Assembly (NCBI RefSeq): GCF_030147005.1
Contig: NZ_JASLAW010000246.1
Span: forward strand, 56,542-120,541
Length of the DNA stretch: 64,000 bases
Reading direction: 5' to 3'
DNA from: Pseudomonas sp.
Lineage (GTDB): Bacteria > Pseudomonadota > Gammaproteobacteria > Pseudomonadales > Pseudomonadaceae
Part shown: in pieces, positions 40,128 through 50,700 of the stretch
Position numbering within the stretch: position 1 is the stretch's first letter
Layout: every line of letters begins with the position of its first letter
The notes under the pieces: model-generated
Told to the model about the DNA's origin: nothing
The model's database searches: none
What the model saw: the letters and a program-made list of their open reading frames with translations, nothing else
Position numbers and translations under genes: made by a program

Positions 40128-40261
40128 TAACGTATCGCTGTTTAGTTCACATTCGAAAACCCGAGACTGAATTTTTTCAACCGAAGAACTACCAAACTTC
40201 GTGATTGCCTTGGCCAGCACAGTAGCTGTAACTTCGATCCTCAGTCAGCGAGGATATATTT

Positions 40262-40825
40262 TTGAACGACTCTGAACATCTGAAAGGACTGTGCGCCCGT
40301 TTCAACTCCGGAGAGCATCTGAGGTTTACGTTTTTCTGGGGGCACCAGCGCAGCAAAACTGTCGTCACGGCTTCGTGCTTCAGCCAATGGTTCGAGGCCG
40401 GGTTCATTGTCGAGGGGCAACATTACCCGACGGCCGAACACTTCATGATGGCCGAGAAAGCGGCCTTGTTCGATGATCAGGAAAGTCGTGCGCAGGTGCT
40501 CCACGCTCCAACTCCTAATGCCGCCAAAGCACTTGGCCGCAACGTGCGCGGATTTGATGATAAGGTTTGGCTGCAACACCGATACGACATTGTTGTTCGA
40601 GCGAACCAGGCCAAGTTCTCTCAGAATCCGCAGTTAAACGATTATCTTCTACAAACCGGTTCGCGCGTTATTGTCGAAGCCAGCCCGGTTGATAACATCT
40701 GGGGTATAGGGCTCGCACAGGACAACGCGGATGCGAACAATCCAAATCTGTGGAAAGGTTTGAATCTGTTGGGATTTGCGCTGATGCAGGTGCGGGACGG
40801 GACTAGTATCCCAGCCCCATGGTAG
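40262..40825 (+). CDS. NADAR (YbiA-like) family protein
   Basis: FFWGH, CFSQW, YPTAEHFMMAEKA, AKALGR, KFSQN, EASPVDNIWGIG, GLNLLGFALM; TTG start after GAGGA. Confidence 0.9.
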   Translation: MNDSEHLKGLCARFNSGEHLRFTFFWGHQRSKTVVTASCFSQWFEAGFIVEGQHYPTAEHFMMAEKAALFDDQESRAQVLHAPTPNAAKALGRNVRGFDDKVWLQHRYDIVVRANQAKFSQNPQLNDYLLQTGSRVIVEASPVDNIWGIGLAQDNADANNPNLWKGLNLLGFALMQVRDGTSIPAPW

Positions 40826-40852
40826 TGACCTGACCTTACTCGCGAAAAACGC

Positions 40853-40880
40853 AGAAGCCTTGGCGAACGCCAGGGCTTCT
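40853..40880 (+). terminator. Hairpin downstream of the NADAR gene
   Basis: AGAAGCCTTGGCG-AA-CGCCAGGGCTTCT. Confidence 0.55.
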
Positions 40881-41073
40881 TGCATGCGGCCTTATTAAGA
40901 CCGCGCGTCAATCAACAAAAGCTGAGTCACCCGAATTTTCGTCAATACCTTCGAGCGTCTGCTTCTGGCGGCGGACATTCCTGAATTAGCAGCTTCTAGC
41001 CTTTCGTCCCTATTGCGAACATCCGCGCTCCCAGGCGTTTGCTCTCCATCTTATGCTGCAAACCTGAGCGAGT

Positions 41074-41532
41074 TCAAAGATCCCGCAGCATCAATCGCTG
41101 CTCCTTACCCCACGCCCGAAAAAACTCCTGCACCTGCCATCCACGCTTGGCGTAGTAGTCGCTGCGATCATAGGTGTGCAAGTACAATCGCGTGGTGCCG
41201 TTGGCCTTTGCGGCGTCGCAGATGCCTTCTATCAATTGTTCCGCCAACCCTCGCTTCCTTGCCTGCGGGGCGATAAAGACGCAGGCTAGCCAGGGCCCCA
41301 GCTCCGGGCGCTCGGGCAAGTCGTTGGCGGCAAGTGCAGCGCCGCCAAGTAGCTGGTCATCCTCTAGGGCGATCAGACATTGCCAATCACCGTTGCCCTG
41401 GCCTTCCGCGAATTCGCGTTGCCAATCGGCCAATGGCTGCTCAACAAACTCGTATGCGAACTGCTGATGCAGCCACTGCGCCAGGGTGTCGCTGTGTTGC
41501 ATATGGTCACGCAGCCAAACCAGGCGGGGCAT
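41074..41532 (-). CDS. GNAT-family N-acetyltransferase
   Basis: PWLACVFIAPQARKRGLAEQL, LYLHT, YYAKRGW. Confidence 0.85.
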   Translation of the reverse strand: MPRLVWLRDHMQHSDTLAQWLHQQFAYEFVEQPLADWQREFAEGQGNGDWQCLIALEDDQLLGGAALAANDLPERPELGPWLACVFIAPQARKRGLAEQLIEGICDAAKANGTTRLYLHTYDRSDYYAKRGWQVQEFFRAWGKEQRLMLRDL

Positions 41533-41651
41533 GTGAGAGTCTTCCTTGTTTTTGGGTCAGTACGCGTATGTGGCCGCAAGGAGGGAATAGGGTCAAGCGC
41601 AACGGTGAAAAGGTGACTGAAACGGTAACAGATTTATTTTTCTTCCGGAAT

Positions 41652-41697
41652 GACCGCTTCTGGCCGGTTAGCGACGGTCTGACTTCGACCGTCGCTA
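41652..41697. repeat. Palindromic site S5 plus an 11-bp hairpin at the recombinase 3' end
   Basis: GACCGCTTCT-GGCC-GGTTAGCGAC overlapping TAGCGACGGTC-tgacttc-GACCGTCGCTA. Confidence 0.6.
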
Positions 41698-41704
41698 TGC
41701 ATGA

Positions 41705-42184
41705 TCAAACCTCAGTCTGTTCCGCCATTTCCAGGGCGTCATCGACCTCAATCCCCAAATATCGAACAGTGCGGACGATACGAGCGTATTGACGAGTGGA
41801 TAGATGGTCTGAGGTATGTAGCCGACTAGGAAAAAGGCAGTCCTCGCTGCGTAGTTGTGCCTGATGTATCCATGCCACGAGAGCTGACCGTGTTTGCTCA
41901 GTGATCTCAAACTGCACTGGTCGCTGCGTTTTCTGCTGCATCACCATGGCTCGTGATGATACGTGTTCGCCATGGGCGACATCGCGCACGCGGAGCTTGG
42001 TTAAGTCGCAGGCTCGAAGCTTACTGTCGATGGCCAGATCGAAGAGAGCCAGATCCCGGGTTCTTTCCGCAATTTGAAGCCTTACTCGGATGGCCCAGAT
42101 ATCTCTCAGTCGGAGTGGGGCTTTCTGCCCGACTAGTTTTCCTTTGTTCCAGGGCTGACGGCCGCAGGTAGCGATGATGTTCAT
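41705..42184 (-). pseudogene. Tyrosine recombinase (PWNKG-type phage-integrase family) with an in-frame internal deletion
   Basis: PWNKGKLVGQKAPL, RDLALFDLAIDSKLRACDL, STRQYARIV joined directly to RTVRYLGIEVDDAL; the HxxR and LLGH catalytic boxes are absent. Confidence 0.8.
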
Positions 42185-42435
42185 AACAAGTCCTCCACGT
42201 GTGGAAAGACAAGGATGGCTAATCAGAGCGACGATCGCTCACCGGCCAAGAGTACTCTCTTAGAGGGGTCTAAGAAGCCGGAGGGAAATTAAGTGTAGGA
42301 AATTTCTCACGCGCCCTTGAACTTTAATGAGCAACAGTTGTTCATAGGGGAGTTGCCTGTCAGAGGCAATTCTCGCAGATCACGTGCCGTTCTGGTGCAT
42401 GCTGCACCCGCAGGAAGATTTCACAGGGATGCGAA

Positions 42436-44214
42436 ATGAAAGTATGTTTCCGGCCTAAGGAGTACCTGGCCCGTTTCGGTACGTTGTACTTGCCTGTTAG
42501 AAAACTGCCACCGTCCCTTCATTCGGTGGCCGTATTGTTGTTCGGTTTGATCAGCTGTTTCGGCGTGCAGGCCGCTGACCCTCCCGCACCTGCCCAACAG
42601 TTGCTATTGCAGCAGGACCGCGAGCGAGCGTTGCGCGAGCAACTTGAGCCGTCGCCGGATGTGCGCCTTGAGGCGCCGCCCTCATCCTCCGCCGGGGTTT
42701 TGCTCGAGAAGCGCGAATCCCCCTGTTTCCTGATTCGTCAGGTCGTCTTGAACGGCGAGTTGGCTGAAGATTTTCAATGGGCACTGCGCAGCGCCGATCC
42801 CAAAAATGACCCGGCCACCGGTCAATGTCTGGGTGCCCAAGGCATCAACCTGACGATGAAGCGAATCCAGAATGCAATCATCGAGCGCGGGTTTGTCACG
42901 ACACGCGTGCTTGCACCGCCTCAGGATTTAAACAGCGGTGTGCTGCAACTGACCCTGATTCCGGGGCGCATTCATTCCATCCGCTTCGCCGAAGGCACCT
43001 CTACCCGAGCCAATGCCTGGAACGCGGTGCCTGCCAAAACAGGTGACCTGCTGAACCTGCGTGATCTTGAGCAAGCGTTGGAAAACTTCAAACGCGTGCC
43101 CACGGCTGAGGCGGATATCCAAATCGCCGCGGCCCAAGGGATGGACGCAAAGCCGGGCGACAGTGACTTGGTTATCGCGTGGAAACAGGCACTTCCCGTG
43201 CGTTTGAGCGTGTCGGTAGATGATTCGGGAACCGACGCCACAGGTAAATACCTGGGTTCGGCTTCGGTGTCGTTGGACAACCTGCTGAGCCTGAACGATT
43301 TGTTCTACGCCAGCTTCAACCACGACTTGGGCGGGGGGGACGCGGGTAATCGTGGTTCCAAGGGCCATACCTTGCACTACTCTGTCCCCTACGGTTATTG
43401 GCTGTTTGGCGTCACGTCCAGCGAGTATGACTATCACCAGACGGTCGCTGGGGCCAACCAGACTTACAAGTACACCGGAGAAAGCAAAAACAATGAGATC
43501 AGCGCGTCTCGCTTGCTGTATCGCGATGCCGTGCGCAAAACCACGCTCAAGCTCAGTGGCTGGACGCGCACTTCGCAAAACTATATCGACCATACCGAGA
43601 TCGAAATTCAGCGCCGACGCATGGCAGGCTGGGCGCTGGGGCTGAGTCATCGGGAGTTCATCGGTACCGCCACGCTCGATCTGGGCACCAGCTATCGCCG
43701 GGGCACAGGTGCGCGCAACGCAATCGCTGCGCCTGAGGAGGCGTTTGACGAAGGGACCTCGCGTTCGCAGATCATCAACGCCGACGCGCAATTTTCCGTA
43801 CCGTTTGGCCTTGCCACGCAGCGCTTGCGTTACACCGCGGCCTGGCGTGCGCAGTGGAACCGCACGGCGTTGGTGCCGCAGGATCGTTTCTCGATCGGCG
43901 GGCGCTACAGCGTTCGCGGGTTTGACGGTGAAAACATTTTGTCGGCCGACCGTGGTTGGCTGGTGCGTAACGACCTCGGCCTGGCGCTGGGCAACTCCGG
44001 GCAGGAAACCTACCTGGGTGTTGACTACGGCAAGGTGGGCGGGCCTTCAAGCCAATACCTCATTGGTGATCATCTGGCTGGGTACGTGGTGGGGTTGCGC
44101 GGTGGCTACCGGCAAGTTTCTTACGACGTGTTTGTCGGTCAACCGATCAGCAAACCCAAGGGCTTCGAGACTGCCAGTACCACGGCAGGTTTCAGCCTGA
44201 CGTGGTCGATGTGA
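42436..44214 (+). CDS. TpsB/CdiB (ShlB/FhaC/HecB family) outer-membrane transporter
   Basis: POTRA region (GFVTTRV, LNLRDLEQALEN), DDSG, FSIGGRYSVRGFDG motif, C-terminal FSLTWSM. Confidence 0.93.
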   Translation: MKVCFRPKEYLARFGTLYLPVRKLPPSLHSVAVLLFGLISCFGVQAADPPAPAQQLLLQQDRERALREQLEPSPDVRLEAPPSSSAGVLLEKRESPCFLIRQVVLNGELAEDFQWALRSADPKNDPATGQCLGAQGINLTMKRIQNAIIERGFVTTRVLAPPQDLNSGVLQLTLIPGRIHSIRFAEGTSTRANAWNAVPAKTGDLLNLRDLEQALENFKRVPTAEADIQIAAAQGMDAKPGDSDLVIAWKQALPVRLSVSVDDSGTDATGKYLGSASVSLDNLLSLNDLFYASFNHDLGGGDAGNRGSKGHTLHYSVPYGYWLFGVTSSEYDYHQTVAGANQTYKYTGESKNNEISASRLLYRDAVRKTTLKLSGWTRTSQNYIDHTEIEIQRRRMAGWALGLSHREFIGTATLDLGTSYRRGTGARNAIAAPEEAFDEGTSRSQIINADAQFSVPFGLATQRLRYTAAWRAQWNRTALVPQDRFSIGGRYSVRGFDGENILSADRGWLVRNDLGLALGNSGQETYLGVDYGKVGGPSSQYLIGDHLAGYVVGLRGGYRQVSYDVFVGQPISKPKGFETASTTAGFSLTWSM

Positions 44215-44223
44215 GGGTTTGCC

Positions 44224-44730
44224 ATGCAACTCGATAACCTTGAGCTGATCGCGCCGGCGTTCAGCGAAAAGCCATGGAACGAGGCCCAGGCGCTGGGTGC
44301 CGCCGTATGGCTGTGGATGCACTCGGCGAGCCATCGCGATGTGCCGCTGCACACCCTGAACGCGCTGCTGTTGCCAGCTATTGCCAACCGCCAGTTCATC
44401 ATCGGCTACGAATCGGGGCGCCCGGTGTTTTACGCCGCCTGGTGTTGGTTCAGCGTCGAGGCCGAGCAGCGCTATGTGCAAAATCCTGCCATCAGCCTGC
44501 CTGCGCACGACTGGAACAGCGGCGAGCGACTGTGGTTCCTGGACTGGGTGGCGCCTTTTGGTCACAGCGCCCGCCTTGCACGCTTAGTGCAGCGCCATTT
44601 GTTTGCCGACAGCCGGTTCAGCGCTCTGTATCACCGTGGCAACGAGCGCGGGTTACGGATCAAGCGGTTTCAAGGTGCTGCTCTGGCGCGCTTGAAGTGG
44701 CCGATCGCGGCCGTTGCCCGCCAATCGTAG
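44224..44730 (+). CDS. Toxin-activating lysine acyltransferase (HlyC/CdiC family)
   Basis: WLWMHSASHRD (catalytic His box) and DWNSGERLWFLDWVAPFGH. Confidence 0.9.
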   Translation: MQLDNLELIAPAFSEKPWNEAQALGAAVWLWMHSASHRDVPLHTLNALLLPAIANRQFIIGYESGRPVFYAAWCWFSVEAEQRYVQNPAISLPAHDWNSGERLWFLDWVAPFGHSARLARLVQRHLFADSRFSALYHRGNERGLRIKRFQGAALARLKWPIAAVARQS

Positions 44731-44771
44731 TACTTGCGGCATTTTAGAGCTTTCAAGACACAGGGATCGTC

Positions 44772-47700
44772 ATGAACAAACACCTCTACAGGATCGTTTT
44801 TAACAAAGCCCGTGGCCTGCTGATGGTAGTGGCCGAAAACGTGCTGGGCAGCAAAAAAGCCTCAGGCACCGGGATCGGTGTCGTCCCTGTCGTCTTGAAT
44901 ACTGTGCTGACACTGCGTCCCCTGCGGTTCTCATTGATGGCGGCGTTGGGCTTGATCACATTGGCCTCGCCGCTGGCCTGGGGCGATATTGTGGTTGACC
45001 GTGGCGCTGCGCCCGGCCAGCAACCGGTGATTATCAACGCCGCAAACGGTGTGCCCCAAGTCAACATTCAGGCCCCGAGTGCGGCAGGGGTGTCACGTAA
45101 CACCTACAGCCAGTTCGACGTTAATGCCCAAGGCGCGATCCTTAACAATGCGCGCACCAATACCCAAACTCAGCTGGGTGGCTGGATTGAGGGCAATGCG
45201 CATTTGGCCGGCGGTACGGCGCGGGTGATCCTTAATGAGGTCAACAGCAGCAACCCCAGCCAATTGCGTGGTTACATCGAAGTCGCCGGTGACCGAGCCC
45301 AGGTGGTGATCGCCAACCCGTCGGGCATCGCCTGTGACGGCTGTGGTTTTATCAACGCTAACCGTGCCACCTTGACCAGCGGCAGTGCGCAGATGCAGGA
45401 CGGCCAATTGCAAGGCTACCGCGTTGAAAGCGGCAAGGTGGTTATCTCCGGCAAGGGCCTGGACGCATCGCAGACCGACTTTACCGATGTCATCGCACGC
45501 TCGGTCGAGGTCAATGCCGGTATCTGGGCCAAGGACCTGCGGGTGACCAGTGGCGCCAACCAGGTCAATGCCGACAATACCCAGGCGACGGTCATCAACG
45601 GTTCCGGCGATAAGCCCCAGGTCGCCATTGACGTGGCGCAGCTGGGTGGCATGTATGCCGGCAAAATCAAGTTGGTGGGTACCGAAGCCGGCCTCGGCGT
45701 GCGCAATGCCGGGCAAATAGGTTCGAGTGCCGGCGATGTGGTCATCAGCGCCGACGGGCGCCTGGGCAACAGCGGGCAAATCAGCAGCAGTCAGAACCTG
45801 CAGGTGGACAGCCAGCTGGGCATCGATAACAGCGGTTCGCTGTACAGCAAGGGCGCCGCGACGCTGTCCAGTCGTGGCGATATCAACAACCAAGGGGTGG
45901 TGGCTGCGCAGCAGGACTTGACCCTGACCGCCCAAACCATCGACAACGCCAGCAGGTCGATATTGGGCGCAGGTGTGGCAGCTGACGGCGCGGTCAGTGG
46001 CAATGGCGCACTGCGCGTCAGCGCCAGCCAGACGCTCAAGCACCAAGGCTCGGCGATTGCTGCCGGGGATCTGCAGTTGAGCGCCGAGAACCTTGACCTC
46101 AATGCGAGTAAGACCGCTGCGCAAAATGTCATGCTCACTGCCCGCACGGGCGGCGCTGACTTAAGCGGTGCAGCGTTGGACGCGACAGGGACGTTGAGCA
46201 CAGCGGTGCGACAAACCCTGACCACCGACAGTGCCAAAATCAACACCGAAGGTGTGCAATTGGCCGCCGGCAGCCTGTCCAACCGCCAAGGTGAAATCGT
46301 CCAGGTCGGCAAGGGCGCCACGGTGATTGCTGTGTCCGACAGCCTGGATAACACCAAAGGACGCATCGCCAGCAATGCGACCGACGTACGCCTTTCGGCG
46401 GCGCGCCTGTCCAATGCCAAGGGCAGGATCGAGCATGCCGGCACGGGCAGCCTGACCCTTCAGGGCCAGGCGCTGACAGGTGCCCAAGGCAGCCTGCAGA
46501 GCAATGGTCTACTGCAAGTCACCGTTGCCGACGCGGTACTGGACGGCGCCACCACCGTAGCCCGGCAGATTCAAATCGACGCCAACCAACTGTCCAATCG
46601 GCAGGGGAACATCCTGCAGACCGGCGCGGGCACGTTGCGCATCAACACCATGGGCCTGCTGGACAACACGGGCGCCACAGTGGCCAGTGACAGTGATATC
46701 AGCCTGACGGCTGATCGCTTGCTCAATCAAGGCGGCGCGGTTCAGGCGGCGGTGGCCGGCAACCTCAAGGTCACCGCGCATACGCTGTTGGACAACAGTG
46801 CAGGCACGCTGGCCGCAGCCAAGGGCGCACAGTTGAGTACCGGGCAGTTGCTCAACGCGCAAGGCAAGATCACTGCGGGCGACAGCCTCACGCTGTCCGG
46901 CGGGCAGGTGAACAATGACCACGGCACGCTGGCGGCCATCGGCGCACTCAGTGTCAGCGCCGACGCATTGCGTAACCGGCAGGGCACCGTGGGTTCGGTC
47001 GGCGGGCCGCTGGTGCTGACGGTGAGCCAGGGCGCGTTCGATAACATCGGCGGTGTGGTGCAGGCCCGGCAAGGCGTGACAATTACCAGCCTGGGCCTGA
47101 ATAACGACGATGGGTTGATCAGTGGCGCGGCCTTGTTGCTCGACAGTGCCGGGCAAGGCCTGTCAAACCAGCGCGGCGCCATTATCGGCAGCGGCACCGT
47201 GGACCTGCGCAGTGGTGAGCTCAAGAACCAGGCCGGGCTTATCCAGGGTAGCGGTGCGATCACACTCGACACCCATGGGCAAACGTTGACCAATACTGAC
47301 TCGGGCAGCGCCAATGGCATCCTCGGGCAGGCCGGTATCACGCTGCGCTCCGGCAACCTGAACAACAACGCCGGCTTTATCGGCAGTAAAGGCGACGTGG
47401 CGATCCATGCCGCGCAGGTCGATAACCTCGACGCCGGTGTACTCAGCAGTGAAAAGAGCCTGCTGCTAACCGCTGGCGGCCTGAGCAATCGCGGCGGCCA
47501 GCTGCAGAGCCTGGGGAACGCGCGGCTGGACATCGGCAGCGGTCACCTCGATAACGTCGGCGGCCTGCTGCGTGCCGGGCGCACCTTGACGGTCGATGCA
47601 GGACAGTTGGATAACCAGCAGACCCAAGGGAGCAACCAGGGCGTAGAGGGGCAGTCGTTAGCCCTGAACCTGGCGCAGTTGCTTAACCGCTCGGGTGCCA

Positions 47701-50700
47701 TTCGTGCCGACCAGTTGCTGAGCGTCAACAATACCGGGCAGTTGGACAACAGTGCGGGCCTGATCTCGTCGAGCAAGCAAGTGTCGATCAACGCAGACCA
47801 AGCGCTGCTCAACAGTGCCGGTACATTGATCGCCGGAGAACGGCTCGGCCTGACCAGCGCCAGCCTCAGTGGCGATGGCCGCGTGTTTAGCCTGGGCGAC
47901 ATCAGCCTCAACCTGGCTTCGGGGTTGGTCAATACCGGCAAACTGCAAGCCAACGGTAATCTAGAGGTGACCCTGCAAGGCACGCTCGACAACCAGGGTG
48001 GGGTTCAGGCCGGCAAGCAATTGCGGGTATTGAGCGGTGGGGTTGAAAACCGCGCCAACGGTGAGATCAGTGCCGCGCAATTGACCCTTGATGTGGGGGA
48101 TACCCTGAATAACCGTGGCTTGATCGATGCCCAGATCACCCGAATCAATACCCAGGTGCTCAACAACCTTGGCAGCGGCCGTATTTATGGTGATCACGTA
48201 TCCGTTGCGGCGGGGCAACTGACCAATGATGTGGAAGATGCCCGAGCGGCCGTGATCGCCGCGCGCGAACGCCTGGACATTGGCGTCGGGACGCTGGTCA
48301 ACCGTGAGCACGCCATGCTTTTCAGTGCCGGTGACTTGTTGATCGGCGGCGCGCTGGATGCCCAGGGCCAGGCCACCGGCCAGGCCGGGCTGGTGCATAA
48401 CGCCAGCGCAAGTATCGAAGCACTCGGCGGGCTGAGCCTTAACAGTGCGGAGTTGCGCAATACCAACGAACACTTCAGCACCCAAGTGGTTGAGGTCAGC
48501 CGCGAAGGCGTCCAGGAGTTCCAGCACACCGGCTCTGCCAATCGCTATCGCCCGGATCAGATCTCACTCTACAACGACGAAGTCAGCCACTTGGTCAGCC
48601 CCGAGGGCGTGGCCGATAACTACAACCGCTACGACTACACTCGTACCACTACCCAGACCCAGATCCTCACCTCGGACCCGGGTGAAATCCTTTCCGGCGG
48701 CTCAATGCTGCTGACCGCCAATTCGGTGTTGAACGACAAGAGCCGGATCATCGCCGGCGGCACGTTGGTGGGCACTATCGGACAGCTCAACAACACCGAA
48801 GTCACCGGGCAGCAGACGGTGACGGACAGTGGCACGTTCAGCCATTTGTATCGCATCCATCGCAAGGGCCGTGACCGTCAGGGCCGTTCGACAGCCGCCT
48901 ACAACCCGGCCGCCAGCGTCACGGATATTTTCCTGCGGCCAACCCAGTACCTGCAAAACACCGCCCATACCGGCAGTGGCCTGCAACTCGGCACTCGCCT
49001 GACCAGTAGCGTCGATCAGGCTGCCGGCGGTGCCAGTGCGGCCAAGGTCAATGTGGGCAATGGCCGAGCGCCTGGCCCGGTGCTGGAAGTGGCGGCACTG
49101 CAAGCGACGGCGGCGGGAGGCGTAGGTGAGTCAATCCGTACCGGCGGGCTTAACGTGCAGGTGCCGGACAACAGCCTGTTCCACCTCAATCCCCAGGCCA
49201 ACCCGAACTATCTGGTGGAGAGCGACCCGCGTTTCACCAGTTATCGTTCCTGGCTGTCTTCCAACTACATGCTGGATCGGCTGCAACTGGATCCGGGCCT
49301 GACCCTTACGCGGCTGGGCGATGGTTTCTATGAGCAAAAACTGATCCGCGAACAGATTGCCCAACTCACCGGCAGACGCTTCCTCGACGGCTACGCCAAT
49401 GATGAGACCCAGTACCGCGCGTTGCTCGACAGTGCGCTGACCTACGCCGGCAAGTGGAAGCTGGTGCCGGGTGTGGCGCTCAGCCCTGAGCAAATGGCCC
49501 AGTTGACCAGCGACATCGTCTGGCTGGTGAAGAAGGACGTGACCCTTGCCGACGGCAGCGTGACGCAGGCGTTGGTGCCGCAGGTGTATGTGCGGGTGCG
49601 CGACGGCGACCTGGATGGCTCCGGTGCACTAATGGCGGGCAACGTGGTCGACCTCAAGCTACAAGGCGACCTGGTTAACCGCGGCACGATCGCCGGGCGC
49701 AGCGTGCTGGCGATTTCCGCCGACAACCTGCAGAACCTGGGCGGGCGCCTGACCGGTGGCGAGGTGGAGGTAAAAGCCCGCACCGACTTGAACAACCTCG
49801 GCGGGTTGATCGATGCCTCCACGCGCTTGAATACGGTTGCCGGTCGCGATATCAACATGGTGTCCACCACGCGCAACACCGAAAGTGCCCAGGGCACCGC
49901 CACGGGTATTTCGCGGGTTGCCGGGTTGTTTGTCTCCGATGCCAAGGGTGAACTGGTGGTGAACGCGGCGCGCGATATCAACCTGAGTGCGGCGCAGATC
50001 GTCAGTTCCGGCAAGGACGGCAAGACCACGGTGGTTGCTGGCCACGATATCAACCTGGGCACGGTGACCCAGAGCCGTGAACAAAGCGTGCAATGGAACG
50101 CCAGCAACTGGCGCAAGGACGCGAGCCGCACCGATGTCGGCAGTGTTATCCAGGGTGAGGGCGAGGTACGCCTGATCGCAGACAATGACCTCAATGCCCG
50201 AGGCGCCAAGGTCGTCAGCGAGCAGGGCGGGGTCACCGTTTCGACAGGCCGCGACGTCAATTTAAGCACCAGCCAGAGCTACAACTTTGTCGACGAGGCC
50301 CATAAGGTCACCGGCAGTAACAGCTTGTTCTCCAGCAAGACCACTACAACCCGCGACACCGTGAGTGAAACCCGCGCTCAGGCCACCACCCTCAGTGGCG
50401 AGACCGCGTGGGTCAAGGCCGACAATGACTTGAATGTGCGCGGCAGTAACGTGGTCTCCACCAGTGGCACCACCCTGGTAGCCGGGCACGATGTGAATGT
50501 GGTGGCCGCCACCGACCAGCTCAGCGAACAGCACTTCAAGGAGGTCAAGCAAAGCGGGCTGTTCAGCGGTGGCGCCATCGCGGTGACCATCGGCAGCCAG
50601 CAGCGCAGCGACAAAAACCGTACCGCCAGTGAAACGGCGGCGGCCAGCACCATCGGCGCCACCGATGGCAACGTGAGTATCCTGGCCGGCAATGCCTACC

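Noticed and set aside
41603..41645. ACAGATTTATTTTT motif as an element end
   Set aside because: Only one copy seen and no inverted partner, so it cannot define an element.
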